DNA of 64,000 nt, from assembly GCA_963771275.1 (NCBI GenBank), contig CAVYSW010000010.1, forward strand, positions 192,001 to 256,000, written 5' to 3'. Positions 36,863 to 47,071 of this stretch are shown here, piece after piece. Below the pieces are notes generated by a model, which did no database searches, was not told the DNA's origin, and saw nothing but the letters and a program-made list of their open reading frames with translations. The stretch is from an uncultured Gemmatimonadales bacterium (GTDB lineage: Bacteria; Gemmatimonadota; Gemmatimonadetes; Gemmatimonadales; GWC2-71-9). The position numbers and the translations under genes are program-made. Each line of letters opens with the position of its first letter. Position 1 is the first letter of the stretch.

Positions 36863-37947
36863 TCCGCGTGCTGCTGGCCGGCGGGGGGACCGGTGGTCAC
36901 CTGATGCCGGCGCTGGCGCTGGCCGACGCACTGCGGGCGGCGCGGGCGGATCTCGAGCCGGTGCTGGTGGGAGCGCTGCGCGGCGTGGAGGCGACGGTGC
37001 TGCCGGGCCGGGCCTACCGCTACCATCTGCTCCCCGCCGAGCCGATCTACCGCCGCGCCTGGTGGCGCAACGTCCGCTGGCCTCTGCTGTGGCCCCGCCT
37101 CTGGCGGGCGACGCGCGCCGTGCTCGCGGAAGAGCGGCCGCGGCTCGTCGTGGGCACCGGAGGCTATGCTGCAGGCCTGGTCCTGCTCGCCGCGCATCGC
37201 GCGGGAATCCCGATCGCCCTGCAGGAGCAGAATGCCTACCCGGGGGTCACTTCGCGCCGGGCTGCGCGCTGGGCGGCCCAGGTCCACCTTGGCTTTCCCG
37301 AGGCGGCCCGCCGGATCCGGCCGGGTCGCCGGACGACGGTCTACAGCCTGGGGAACCCGATCGTGCCCCCACCGGTGGAGCGATCGCGGGCGGAGGCGTG
37401 CCGCGCGCTGGGCCTGGATCCCGGCCGGCCGGTCGTCCTCGTGACGGGCGGGAGCCAGGGGGCGCGGGCCGTCAACCGTGCCGTTGCGGAGGTGCTCGCG
37501 GCGGGCGGATTCGGCGACGCGGCTCTGCTGTGGAGCACCGGCGCCGCCACGCACGCGGACTACGCCGCGCTGGACCGGCCTCCCGTGGTTCAGGTGCGGC
37601 CGTTCTGGGATCCGATCGCGACGGCGTACGCCGCCGCCGACCTCGTGGTGGCCCGTGCCGGAGCGATGAGCGTGGCGGAGCTTGCAGCCTGGGGCCTCCC
37701 CAGCATCCTCGTCCCGCTCCCCACGGCGGCGGCGGACCACCAGAGCGCGAACGCCCGCGCGATCGATGCGGCCGGGGCCGCCATTCACCTGCCGGAGGGC
37801 GCGTTGAGCGGCACGCGGCTCGCGCGGGAAGTGCGTGGCCTGCTCGCGAACCCGACGCGGCTGAAGGCAATGGCGGAGGCCGCTCGCCAACGGGGGCAGC
37901 CGGACGCCGCCCGGGCAATTGCGGCGTGCCTGCTCGACCTCCTGTAA
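36859..37947 (+). CDS. murG: Lipid II GlcNAc transferase MurG
   Basis: GGGTGGH..P, GTGGY, EQN..PG, GNP, GGSQGA, RAGA, HQ..NA. Confidence 0.95.
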   Translation: MIRVLLAGGGTGGHLMPALALADALRAARADLEPVLVGALRGVEATVLPGRAYRYHLLPAEPIYRRAWWRNVRWPLLWPRLWRATRAVLAEERPRLVVGTGGYAAGLVLLAAHRAGIPIALQEQNAYPGVTSRRAARWAAQVHLGFPEAARRIRPGRRTTVYSLGNPIVPPPVERSRAEACRALGLDPGRPVVLVTGGSQGARAVNRAVAEVLAAGGFGDAALLWSTGAATHADYAALDRPPVVQVRPFWDPIATAYAAADLVVARAGAMSVAELAAWGLPSILVPLPTAAADHQSANARAIDAAGAAIHLPEGALSGTRLAREVRGLLANPTRLKAMAEAARQRGQPDAARAIAACLLDLL

Positions 37948-37960
37948 CCTCTCGTTAGGC

Positions 37961-37989
37961 TTTCGTAACTGTTGATTTGGTCTTATATT
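37961..37989 (+). promoter_or_regulatory. Putative internal promoter upstream of murC
   Basis: AT-rich 55-bp gap in a very GC-rich region; TTTCGT-17 nt-TATATT. Confidence 0.45.
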
Positions 37990-38002
37990 AGCTGCCCAAC
38001 CA

Positions 38003-39382
38003 ATGCGTCTTTTCGCCCCGGACGATCCCCGCCCCATCCATTTCCTTGGGATAGCCGGCGCAGGGATGAGTGCCTTGGCGCTGATGGCCCGGCGGCGGGG
38101 CGTGGCGGTCACCGGATGTGATACCGATCCGGCTGCGGCGGCGGACGTAGCGCGTGCCGGCGCCGAGGTGCACCGGGGACACGATCCGGGCCATGTCGTC
38201 GGAGCTCGCGCGGTCGTCTACACGGCCGCCGTGCCGGGGGATCATCCGGAACTCGAAGCCGCGCGCGCAACCGGGATTCCGGTGATTCGGCGGGCTGTGG
38301 CGCTGCGGGAAGCCGTTTCCACCGGTACCGTCGTGGGGGTTGCAGGGACTCATGGCAAGACGACCACGACGGTGATGGTGACCGAGGCGCTCGCGGCGGC
38401 AGGGCTGCACCCCACCGGACTCGCGGGCGGGCGGGTGGCGGCGTGGGGTGGCAACGCGCGGCTCGGCGGCGAGCGGCTGTTCGTCGTCGAGGCCGACGAG
38501 TACGACCGGTCGTTTCTCGAGCTGTGGCCTACCGTCGCGGTCGTGAACAACGTCGAAGCGGATCACCTGGAATGCTACGGTTCGGTCGAGCAGCTCGAGG
38601 CGGCGTTCACCGAGTACGCGGGGCGCGCGGAGCGGGTGCTTGTCGGCGTCGATGATGCCGGCGCTGCGCGCGTCGGGCGGGCGGCGGGGAAGCCGACGTG
38701 GTGCGTTGGGTTGCGGGAGGGGGCCGACCTGAGGATCGCCGATGTCGCGCAGGACCGGCGGGGAAGTCGGGCGCGACTGGCGCTGCCGGACGGCGAGCGG
38801 GTGACGCTGCGGCTGCGCGTGCCGGGGCTGCACAACGTGCGCAACGCGGCGATGGCGGTCGGCGTGGCGCGGGCGCTGAGCGCCGATCTCGCCCCCGTGC
38901 TCGAGTCGCTGGCGGAATTTGGTGGGGTGGGGCGGCGGTTCGAATTGGTCGGCGAGGCGCGCGGCGTGACGGTCGTGGACGACTACGCGCACCACCCGAC
39001 CGAGGTGGCGGCCACGCTCGCAGCGGCACGGCAACGGTTTCCGGAGGCGCGACTGGTCGCGGTGTTTCAGCCGCATCTGTTCTCGCGCACGGCCACCCAC
39101 GGGGAGGCGCTGGGGGTGGCCCTGTCGCTCGCCGACGTGGTCGTCGTCACGGACGTGTACGCGGCCCGCGAACGCCCGATGGCCGGCGTCTCCGGCACGC
39201 TGGTGCACGACGCGGCCCGCCGCGCGGGCGCGGAGACGATCTGGGTGCCGGAGCGCGGCGCGCTGGCGGACCGCGTGGCGGCGCTGGTGCGGGCGGGCGA
39301 CGTGGTGCTGACGCTGGGCGCCGGGGACATTACAACCGTGGGGCCGCAGCTGCTCGAGCGGCTGCGCGGGGAGGCCGCGTGA
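38003..39382 (+). CDS. murC: UDP-MurNAc-L-alanine ligase MurC
   Basis: HF.GI.GAGMS.LA, AGTHGKTTTT, EADEYD.SF, DHL, GV.RRF, DDYAHHPTE, FQPH, GAGDI. Confidence 0.96.
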   Translation: MRLFAPDDPRPIHFLGIAGAGMSALALMARRRGVAVTGCDTDPAAAADVARAGAEVHRGHDPGHVVGARAVVYTAAVPGDHPELEAARATGIPVIRRAVALREAVSTGTVVGVAGTHGKTTTTVMVTEALAAAGLHPTGLAGGRVAAWGGNARLGGERLFVVEADEYDRSFLELWPTVAVVNNVEADHLECYGSVEQLEAAFTEYAGRAERVLVGVDDAGAARVGRAAGKPTWCVGLREGADLRIADVAQDRRGSRARLALPDGERVTLRLRVPGLHNVRNAAMAVGVARALSADLAPVLESLAEFGGVGRRFELVGEARGVTVVDDYAHHPTEVAATLAAARQRFPEARLVAVFQPHLFSRTATHGEALGVALSLADVVVVTDVYAARERPMAGVSGTLVHDAARRAGAETIWVPERGALADRVAALVRAGDVVLTLGAGDITTVGPQLLERLRGEAA

Positions 39383-40056
39383 AGCGGCGCGGTCGTCTCA
39401 CCCTCGTCGCGCTGGCCGGGGTGCTGGCCGCGGTCGCCGCGCCGCTGCTGTTGCGCCGCGTGCCGTTCTTCCGGGTACGCCGGGTCGAGGTGGTGGGCGT
39501 GCGCTATCTGGCGCCTGAACGGGTCGTCGCGGCGCTGCAGCTAGCCGCGGATCAGAATCTGTTCGATCCGACGGGCGGTCCGGAGGAGCGCGTGGCGGCG
39601 TTGCCGGGCGTGGTCCGCGCGACGGTGTCGCGCCGGCTCCCCGCCACCCTGCGCGTGAGCGTCGTGGAGGAGTTGCCCATGGCGCTGGTGTCGGGCAAGG
39701 AGGGGATGGTCCCGCTCGACTGCGACGGCGAGGCGCTCCCGTATGAGCCCTCCCGGTCGGGGCTGGCGCTGCCGATCGTCGCGCGGGCCGACACCGTGCT
39801 GGTCCGGGCGCTGTGCGTGGTGCGCGCGGGGGACTCGACGTTGTATGATGCGGTGGACGCGGTCCGCCCGGGCGGGGGCGGGTCGGTGATTCTGGATCTC
39901 GGGCGGCAGCGGGTGCGGTTGCGCGGTGCTCCCACGACCGATGAGGTGCGGGCGGTGGCGATGGTGATGCGGCAACTCGAAGCGACCGGGCGGACGGTGG
40001 ATGAGGTGGACGCGCGGTTCAGCGGGCGGATCTACGCGCGGCGGGGGCGGTCGTGA
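39379..40056 (+). CDS. ftsQ: Cell division protein FtsQ/DivIB
   Basis: TM + POTRA (F.V..VEV.G...L, V.R.LP.TL.V.V.E), C-terminal VD.RF; lies before ftsA. Confidence 0.85.
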   Translation: MKRRGRLTLVALAGVLAAVAAPLLLRRVPFFRVRRVEVVGVRYLAPERVVAALQLAADQNLFDPTGGPEERVAALPGVVRATVSRRLPATLRVSVVEELPMALVSGKEGMVPLDCDGEALPYEPSRSGLALPIVARADTVLVRALCVVRAGDSTLYDAVDAVRPGGGGSVILDLGRQRVRLRGAPTTDEVRAVAMVMRQLEATGRTVDEVDARFSGRIYARRGRS

Positions 40057-41285
40057 AACGGGAGCGGTTGGTCGCCGGGCTCGATCTCGGCACCACGAAG
40101 ACCTGCGCGGTGATCGCGGAGGCGACGGGAAGCACGCGCGCGCCGGGGGTCAAGGTGCTCGGGGTCGGCATCGCGAAGAGCAGCGGGATTCGCCGCGGCA
40201 TGGTCCGCGACATCGAAGAGACGATGCGCGGGGTCTCGCAGGCGGTGCGGGACGCGGAGCGGATGGCGGGGGTCGAGGTGCCGGCGCTGTGCTGCGGGGT
40301 GGCCGGCGAGCACGTGGCCACCCGCACGGAAGCCGGGCTGGCGTCGGTGAGCGGTGACGAGATCGGCCGGGCCGACGTCCAGCGCGTCGACGATGTGGCC
40401 AAGGCCGTGAGCCTCGGCCCCGATCGCGAGCTGCTGCACTTCATCCCCCAGGAATACCGGGTCGACGGCCAGGGCGGCATCAGCGATCCGGTCGGCATGA
40501 CGGGGCTGCGGCTCGAGGTCGACATGTACCTGGTGTCGATCCAGAGCACGGCGGTGCAGAACCTGCGCCGGGCCGTCGAGCGGGCCGGCTACAAGCTCGC
40601 CGGCCTGGTGCTCGAGCCGCTCGCCTCCGCGGGCGCCGTGTTGACCGAGGAAGAGCGGGAGCTGGGGTGCGTCATGGTCGAGCTGGGCGGCGCCTCGACG
40701 AACCTCGCGATCTTCAAGGACGGCAAGATCCGGCACTACGCGTCCCTCCCGTTTGCCGGAGCGCACGTGACCAGCGACATTGTGCAGGGTCTCGGGGTGA
40801 CGCAGGTGGACGCGGAGCGCCTCAAGGAGCGGTTCGGCGTGGCGTACACGCCGCTGGTGGATCCGGAGGAGACGATCGAGCTGCCGGGGACACCCGGTCA
40901 GGGGCCGCGCCGCGCCAAGCGCGAGTTGCTCGCGCACATCATCCATCAGCGGACCGACGAGATCCTCGGGCTGGTCCAGCGGGATCTCGATGCGGTGGGG
41001 TACGCGGGCCGGCTGCCCGCGGGGGCGGTCCTGACGGGTGGGGGCGCGCACCTCGCCGGCATCATCGAGTTGACGCGCGAGGTGCTGGCGATGCCCGTGC
41101 GACTGGGCGTCCCGGACCGCGCGGTGAGCGGCCTGGTGGACAGCGTCGCGGCGCCGCGGTATGCCGTGTCGGTGGGGCTCACGCTCTGGGCGGCCCGCCA
41201 GCGGCTGGCTGGCGTGACCGACGGTGCGATTCCGGTTGAGCGGTTCTTGGGTCCGGTCAAGCGTTGGCTGCAGGACTTCTTCTGA
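40053..41285 (+). CDS. ftsA: Cell division protein FtsA
   Basis: [31 protein letters not shown], amphipathic C-terminus VKRWLQDFF. Confidence 0.96.
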   Translation: MKRERLVAGLDLGTTKTCAVIAEATGSTRAPGVKVLGVGIAKSSGIRRGMVRDIEETMRGVSQAVRDAERMAGVEVPALCCGVAGEHVATRTEAGLASVSGDEIGRADVQRVDDVAKAVSLGPDRELLHFIPQEYRVDGQGGISDPVGMTGLRLEVDMYLVSIQSTAVQNLRRAVERAGYKLAGLVLEPLASAGAVLTEEERELGCVMVELGGASTNLAIFKDGKIRHYASLPFAGAHVTSDIVQGLGVTQVDAERLKERFGVAYTPLVDPEETIELPGTPGQGPRRAKRELLAHIIHQRTDEILGLVQRDLDAVGYAGRLPAGAVLTGGGAHLAGIIELTREVLAMPVRLGVPDRAVSGLVDSVAAPRYAVSVGLTLWAARQRLAGVTDGAIPVERFLGPVKRWLQDFF

Positions 41286-41311
41286 GCGCAGAGAGGGGTC
41301 TGGAGCAACCT

Positions 41312-42460
41312 ATGGTCTTCGAGCTCGAGGAAACGACGTCGCAGCGCGCCCGCATGAAGGTGGTTGGGGTCGGGGGCGGCGGCGGGAACGCCGTCAACCG
41401 CATGATCGACGAGCGCCTCTCGGGAGTCGAGTTCATCTCGGTCAACACGGACGCCCAGGCCCTGCTGCACAACAAGGCGGACGTGAAGGTCCAGATCGGC
41501 AAGCGACTCACCCGGGGGCTGGGTGCCGGGGCGCGGCCCGAGATCGGCCGGCAGGCGATCGAGGAAACCCGCGACGAGGTGCTGCGCGTGCTCGACGGAG
41601 CCGATCTTGTGTTCGTGACGTGTGGGATGGGGGGCGGGACGGGCACCGGCGCGGCGCCGATCATCGCTCAGCTGGCGCGCGACGTGGGGGCGCTCACGGT
41701 GGGCATCATCACGCGGCCGTTCCTGTTCGAGGGGCGGAAGCGGATGCGCCAGGCCGAGATCGGCTTCTCCGAAATGCGCAAGCACGTCGATACGATGATC
41801 GTGGTGCCGAACGAGCGGCTGTTGGCCGTGGTGGGCAAGAACGTGCCGTTCCAGGAGGCGCTCAAGAAGGCCGACGAGGTGCTGCTGCACGCCACGCAGG
41901 GGATCTCGACGCTGGTCAGCGTAACCGGGCTGGTGAACGTCGACTTCGCCGACGTCCGGACCGTGATGCAGAACGGCGGCTCAGCGCTGATGGGCACCGG
42001 GATCGGGCGGGGCGAGGACCGCGCCCTCGAAGCCGCGCAGCAGGCGATCTCGAGCCCGCTGCTCGACGACGTGTCGATCGCCGGCTCTACTGGCGTGCTG
42101 GTGAACATCACGGGCGGGGAAGACCTCACGCTCGGCGAGGTCAATCAGATCAGCGAAATCGTGCACGACGCGGCGGGCGACGAGGCGGAGATCATCTTTG
42201 GTGCGGTGCACGACCCGGCGATGGCGGGCGAGGTGCGCGTCACGGTGATCGCCACCGGGTTCGACAAGCAGGCGGCGCAGCAGGAAGGTCCGCTCGGTCG
42301 CGGGATCCCCAACGTGCTGCCGTTCCCGCAGCGCACGCCGGCCCGCCCCGCCGCGCGGCCGTCGGCGCCGCGCCCCGCCACGCCGACGCCGGGGGCCCCC
42401 GAGGTTCCCGACGTGACGGAAATGGAGATCCCGACCTTCATCCGGCGGCAGATGGACTGA
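41312..42460 (+). CDS. ftsZ: Cell division protein FtsZ
   Basis: [39 protein letters not shown]-terminal [11 protein letters not shown]. Confidence 0.98.
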   Translation: MVFELEETTSQRARMKVVGVGGGGGNAVNRMIDERLSGVEFISVNTDAQALLHNKADVKVQIGKRLTRGLGAGARPEIGRQAIEETRDEVLRVLDGADLVFVTCGMGGGTGTGAAPIIAQLARDVGALTVGIITRPFLFEGRKRMRQAEIGFSEMRKHVDTMIVVPNERLLAVVGKNVPFQEALKKADEVLLHATQGISTLVSVTGLVNVDFADVRTVMQNGGSALMGTGIGRGEDRALEAAQQAISSPLLDDVSIAGSTGVLVNITGGEDLTLGEVNQISEIVHDAAGDEAEIIFGAVHDPAMAGEVRVTVIATGFDKQAAQQEGPLGRGIPNVLPFPQRTPARPAARPSAPRPATPTPGAPEVPDVTEMEIPTFIRRQMD

Positions 42461-43710
42461 TGCCCCGCGGCGCACGGCGGGCGGCCGCCATCGGCGTGGC
42501 GCTGACCGGCGTCTTGGTGCTCGCGGGCCGCACGCGGGGCCCGGAGCGATTGCCCGTCGCCGTGCCGCTCGTGGTCACGCGTGCCTTCGTGGAGCACGCG
42601 GACACCGTGCGCCCCAACGAAACGCTGTCGGATCTGCTCGTGCGCCAGCGGATCGTCGGCACCGACATGCTGGCCCTGCTCGGCGCGCTGCCGGACTTGA
42701 ACCCCCGGCGCGTGCCTGCCCGCAAGGTGTTCGAGTTCCGGACCGCCGTCGGGGCAGCGGTCCCGGAGTGGGTGCGGGTGCGCGCCAACGACACCACGTT
42801 CCTGCGGGCCGATCGCGGGCCGGACGGCGCCTGGGCGCCCGCGCGCGACCGGATCGAATGGTCGGTCGACGTCGAGCGCATCGACGGCGCGATTCAGTCC
42901 TCCCTGTACGAGACGATCGACGCGCTGATTCCGGATTCGGTGATGCCCGCGCTCGGCCGGTCGCAGCTGGCGTGGGACCTGGCGGACGCCGTCTACGCAT
43001 GGCAGATCGATTTCACCCGCGACATCCGGCCGGGCGATCGCTTCACCGTGGTGTACGAGCGGCTCAACTCGTCGCTCGGCGAGTTGCGCTACGGCCGCGT
43101 GCTCGCCGCGGTGGTCGAGGCGAGCGGCGTCGCGAACACGGCGTACGTGCTGTCCGATCGCGAGGGACGGAACGCCTACTACGACGCCGCGGGACGGTCG
43201 CTGCGGCGCGCATTCAAGATGTACCCGGTGCAGTTCCGCCGGATCTCCTCCAACTTCAGCCGCAGCCGTCTCCATCCCGTGCTCGGGATCAAGCGGCCGC
43301 ACCTCGGGACGGACTTCGCCGCCGATATGGGCACACCGATCGAAGCGACCGGCGACGGCAGGGTGATCCGCGCAGGCCGGTGGGGTGGGTTGGGCATCAT
43401 GGTCGGGATCCGCCACGCGAAGGACATCGAGACGCGGTACGGCCATATGAGCCGGATCGCCGCGGGGATCCGCCCAGGCGTGCGGGTCACCCAGGGTCAG
43501 CTGATCGGCTACGTCGGGATGACGGGGCTCGCCAACGGTCCCCATGTGCACTACGAGTTCCTGAAGAACGGCCGCCAGCTCAACCCGCGACGCGTGGACC
43601 TGGGCGACGGCGAGCCCGTGCCGGCGACGGCGCGCGCGACCTTCGACTCGGTGCGAACCGCCTTCGATCGGCTCCTCGGGCGTCCGTCCCGCGTCGCGAA
43701 GGTGAACTGA
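42460..43710 (+). CDS. M23-family (LytM/MepM-like) peptidoglycan endopeptidase
   Basis: N-terminal anchor; IDF..DI..GD.F; R.HP, HLGTD (HxxxD), YGH, GPHVHYE (HxH). Confidence 0.9.
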   Translation: MPRGARRAAAIGVALTGVLVLAGRTRGPERLPVAVPLVVTRAFVEHADTVRPNETLSDLLVRQRIVGTDMLALLGALPDLNPRRVPARKVFEFRTAVGAAVPEWVRVRANDTTFLRADRGPDGAWAPARDRIEWSVDVERIDGAIQSSLYETIDALIPDSVMPALGRSQLAWDLADAVYAWQIDFTRDIRPGDRFTVVYERLNSSLGELRYGRVLAAVVEASGVANTAYVLSDREGRNAYYDAAGRSLRRAFKMYPVQFRRISSNFSRSRLHPVLGIKRPHLGTDFAADMGTPIEATGDGRVIRAGRWGGLGIMVGIRHAKDIETRYGHMSRIAAGIRPGVRVTQGQLIGYVGMTGLANGPHVHYEFLKNGRQLNPRRVDLGDGEPVPATARATFDSVRTAFDRLLGRPSRVAKVN

Positions 43711-43742
43711 TCGTTTCCGCGCACCTCCGGGTACCACAATCC

Positions 43743-44375
43743 GTGCAGCTCTATCCTGCCCTCGACATCCGGCGCGGACGCTTGGCGCGCGCCGTCCCGC
43801 CTCCCGATCCCCTCACCGTGGCCCGTGGGTGGAAGCGCGCGGGCGCCCGCTGGCTGCACGTCGTGGATTTGGATCGTGTGGTGGGGGCGGGGCGCAACGA
43901 CGCGCTGGTGCAGGCGCTGGCGGCGCTGCCGGATGTCGGCGTCCAGTTGGGCGGGGGGCTCGTTGACCCCGGGGACGTGGCCGAGGCGCTGGACTGGGGC
44001 GCGCGGCGGGTCGTGCTCGGTGCGGGGGCGATGGCCGGCCTCGGCAACCTCGCGCGGCGGGTCGGTCCCCAACGACTCGCCGTGGCGCTCGATCCGCGGG
44101 GCGCAGGCGCGGAGAAGCTCGCCGGCGTCGTGGCGGCAGGGGTCCGATGCGTCGTCTGCCGCGCGCTCGAGCGGGATGGAACGCTGGCGGGCGCGGACCT
44201 CGCGGCGGCGGCGGCGCTGGTCGGCCACCAGGTGAGTGTGATTCTGGCGGGGGGGATCGCGTCGCTGGACGAGCTGCGCGAGGCGCGGCGCGCGGGGATC
44301 GCCGGTGTCATCGTAGGCCGGGCACTGCACGAGGGCCGGTTCACCATCGCGGAGGCGCTCGCGTGCTGTGGCTGA
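43743..44375 (+). CDS. HisA/HisF-family TIM-barrel (HisA-like, shortened)
   Basis: LYPALD..RG, WLHVVDLD, VQLGGG, RDGTL.G.D, AGGI, GVIVGRAL.EG. Confidence 0.75.
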   Translation: MQLYPALDIRRGRLARAVPPPDPLTVARGWKRAGARWLHVVDLDRVVGAGRNDALVQALAALPDVGVQLGGGLVDPGDVAEALDWGARRVVLGAGAMAGLGNLARRVGPQRLAVALDPRGAGAEKLAGVVAAGVRCVVCRALERDGTLAGADLAAAAALVGHQVSVILAGGIASLDELREARRAGIAGVIVGRALHEGRFTIAEALACCG

Positions 44376-46177
44376 TCCTGGCACTCGGCGTCGTAGCGGC
44401 GGGTGCCGTGTACGTCTATGTCCGGCGGGAGCGCCTCGGGGCACACGGCCTCGCCCTCGCCGCGCTGCGCACGCTGGCGCTGGCGAGCCTGGTCGCGTTG
44501 CTCGCCAACGTGACGCGCGAGGTCACGGCGGGGCGCGGCCCGGCCACCGTGCTGCTCGATGGGTCGCTCAGCCTGCAGGCCGCCGGCGGGCGCTGGCGCG
44601 CCGCGCTGGACACGGCGCGTGCGCTCGCCGCAGGCGACGGCACGGTGCTGCGCTTCGGCGATGGCGTCGCCGCGCTCGATACGACACCGCCGACGGCCGG
44701 CCGGTCGCTGGTGGGACCGGCCCTGCGGGTCGCGGCGGCCCGGGGCGGTCCCGTCTTCCTCGTCACCGACGGGGAGCTGGGAGATTTCGGCACCCTGCCC
44801 GCGGAACTGGCGCGGGTCGCGGACGTGGTGCTGCTGCCCCGCGACACGCTGCCGGATGCGGCGCTCACGGAGGTCGGCGCTCCGCGCGCCGCGACCGAGG
44901 ACGACTCCGTGACGATCACGGTGACCGTGAGCACCTGGGGCGCGCTGGGCGATTCCGTGGGCGTGCTCGAGGTGAGCACGGGCACGCGGCGCCTGGCGCG
45001 GCGGGCCGTGGTCCTGCCACCGGCTCCCGGGACGGCGCGGCGCAGTGTGACCCTCGCGCCGGGCACGCTTGCCGCCGGGACCCACGTGCTCGACATCCGC
45101 CTGACCGCCCCGGGCGACCGCGAGCCGCGGGACGACCTGCGCCAGCGGATCATCACCGTGACGGCGCTGCCGACGGTCGTGCTGTTGGCGCGCCCGCCCG
45201 ACTGGGAGAGCCGCTTCTTGGCGCGGGAGCTCCCGCGCGTCGTGCGGAGCGCCGTCCGGGGATACGCGGAGATCGCGCCCGGTCGCTGGGTAGACGTGGA
45301 AACGGCCGAGCCGGTGAGCGAAGCGCGCGTCCGCCAGACGGCGCGGCAGGCGGCCCTGGTCGTGACGCGCGGGCCGGAGGGCTTCACCCGCGGGGCGCCG
45401 GTGGCGTGGCGCTGGCCGAGCGACGCCGGCGCGGGCAACGGAGCCGCCGGGGAATGGTACGTCTCGGGGCCGGGCGCCACCCCGCTGGCGAGCCGGTTGG
45501 CCGCGGTCGAGTGGGACTCGCTGCCGCCCCTCGTGGCGGTGAGCCCGACGACGGAGAGCGACCGGGTGTGGGTCGTGCTCGGTGCGCGGCTGGGGCGGCG
45601 CGGTCCGGCGCGCCCAGTCGTGGTCGCGCGCGATTCGGCACCGGCGCGCAGCCTCGTGACGGCGGGCGAGGGCCTGTGGCGCTGGGCGCTGCGCGGCGGG
45701 GCGGCGCTCGAGGCCTACCGCACCCTGCTCGCCGCCGGCACCGACTGGCTCCTGGGCTCGCCGGTGGTGCGCGGGCGCGGCCGACTGAGTGCCAGCGAGG
45801 CGGTGGCGCGCGGGATCCCGGTGGTGTTCCAGTGGCTGGGCGACTCGGCGCCGCCCACCGTGGACGTGGAGGTGACCGGTTCTGACTCCGTGTGGCGCAT
45901 GGCGCTCGCGCTCGACGCGCACGGCGCGGCGGAGGCCTCGTTCGAGCCGGGGGTCTACCGGTGGCGCACCATGCGCCCGGCCGGAGCCACCGGCCTCGTG
46001 GTCGTCGAGTCATATTCCGACGAGATGCATCCCGCGCCGGTGGCGGCGTTCGCGCCGGGGCTGGTGCCGGTGCGACGGGCCGCTGTGGGCGTGCGGGCGT
46101 CGTGGTGGGTGTTCGCGCTGGCGGTTGGCGCGCTCGTGATCGAGTGGGGGTGGCGCATGCGTCGCGGGTTGCCCTGA
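44363..46177 (+). CDS. Membrane-anchored protein with degenerate vWA-like and Ig-like domains
   Basis: Two N-terminal TMs ('ALR'), LLDGSLS and VTDG (MIDAS-like), GLWRW, C-terminal TM ending EWGWR.RRGL. Confidence 0.6.
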   Translation: MLWLILALGVVAAGAVYVYVRRERLGAHGLALAALRTLALASLVALLANVTREVTAGRGPATVLLDGSLSLQAAGGRWRAALDTARALAAGDGTVLRFGDGVAALDTTPPTAGRSLVGPALRVAAARGGPVFLVTDGELGDFGTLPAELARVADVVLLPRDTLPDAALTEVGAPRAATEDDSVTITVTVSTWGALGDSVGVLEVSTGTRRLARRAVVLPPAPGTARRSVTLAPGTLAAGTHVLDIRLTAPGDREPRDDLRQRIITVTALPTVVLLARPPDWESRFLARELPRVVRSAVRGYAEIAPGRWVDVETAEPVSEARVRQTARQAALVVTRGPEGFTRGAPVAWRWPSDAGAGNGAAGEWYVSGPGATPLASRLAAVEWDSLPPLVAVSPTTESDRVWVVLGARLGRRGPARPVVVARDSAPARSLVTAGEGLWRWALRGGAALEAYRTLLAAGTDWLLGSPVVRGRGRLSASEAVARGIPVVFQWLGDSAPPTVDVEVTGSDSVWRMALALDAHGAAEASFEPGVYRWRTMRPAGATGLVVVESYSDEMHPAPVAAFAPGLVPVRRAAVGVRASWWVFALAVGALVIEWGWRMRRGLP

Positions 46178-47071
46178 GTGGCCGGTCTCTGGAAGAAGAT
46201 CAAGGCGCTCGCGCTGGCGGACGTCGCGGTGCTGGTCAAGGGACTGGATCGCGACGCCCTCGAGCGCGTCGAGCGGGTGCTGCTCGAAGCCGATTTCGGG
46301 CCGGCCTCGTTCACGCTGGTCGAGGCACTGGAAGACAGGATGCGGCGCGGCGAGCTCAAGACCGAAGCGGCCGTGCGCGCGTGGCTCGTCACGGCGATCG
46401 CGGAGCAGGTGGCCGACGCCGGCAATGCCGGCCGGCTCGACCTGGGGGCGGGGGACGGACCGGCCGTGGTTCTGATGCTCGGCGTGAACGGGGTGGGCAA
46501 GACGACCCAGACGGCCAAGCTCGCGCGACTGCTGCAGCGCGCGGGGAAATCCGTGATGCTGGCGGCGGCGGACACGTACCGGGCGGGCGCGGCCGAGCAA
46601 CTGACGATCTGGGCCGAGCGCCTCAAGGTCCCCTGCGTCACGGGCGTGCAGAAGGGCGACCCCGCCGCGGTCGCGTTCGACGCGATCGAAGCGGCGGCGT
46701 CCCGCGGCATCGACGTGGTGCTGGTGGATACGGCCGGCCGCTTGCACACCCAGGGTAATCTGATGGACGAGCTCCGGAAGATCGTCCGCGTCGTGAGTCG
46801 GCGGCGCCCCGGGGCGCCGCACGAGAGCCTGCTGGTGCTCGACGGTACGGTAGGCCAGAACGCGGTCCAGCAGGGCAGGGCGTTCACCGACGCCGTGCCG
46901 GTCACCGGTCTGGTGATCACGAAGCTGGATGGCACCGCGAAGGGCGGCGCGGCCGCGGCGATCCGGCGGGAGCTCGGGGTCCCGATCCGGTTCGTGGGCG
47001 TGGGGGAGGGCCTCGACGACCTGGAGCCGTTCGACGCGGTGCGCTACGCCGAGCGGCTCATCGCCGACTGA
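46178..47071 (+). CDS. ftsY: SRP receptor FtsY (NG domain only)
   Basis: GVNGVGKTT, DTYRAGA.EQL, DTAGR, GQN, TKLDGTAKGG, GVGE..DDL. Confidence 0.96.
   Translation: MAGLWKKIKALALADVAVLVKGLDRDALERVERVLLEADFGPASFTLVEALEDRMRRGELKTEAAVRAWLVTAIAEQVADAGNAGRLDLGAGDGPAVVLMLGVNGVGKTTQTAKLARLLQRAGKSVMLAAADTYRAGAAEQLTIWAERLKVPCVTGVQKGDPAAVAFDAIEAAASRGIDVVLVDTAGRLHTQGNLMDELRKIVRVVSRRRPGAPHESLLVLDGTVGQNAVQQGRAFTDAVPVTGLVITKLDGTAKGGAAAAIRRELGVPIRFVGVGEGLDDLEPFDAVRYAERLIAD

Noticed and set aside
33237..43710. Apparent large N-terminal extensions or fusions on MurD, MurG and the M23 peptidase (also IleRS, CheR, MiaB)
   Set aside because: The extensions are alternative-frame read-through of the upstream gene; real starts sit at stop/start overlaps.
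46178..47071. Short FtsY as a truncation or pseudogene
   Set aside because: NG-only FtsY without the acidic domain is common and all GTPase motifs are intact.
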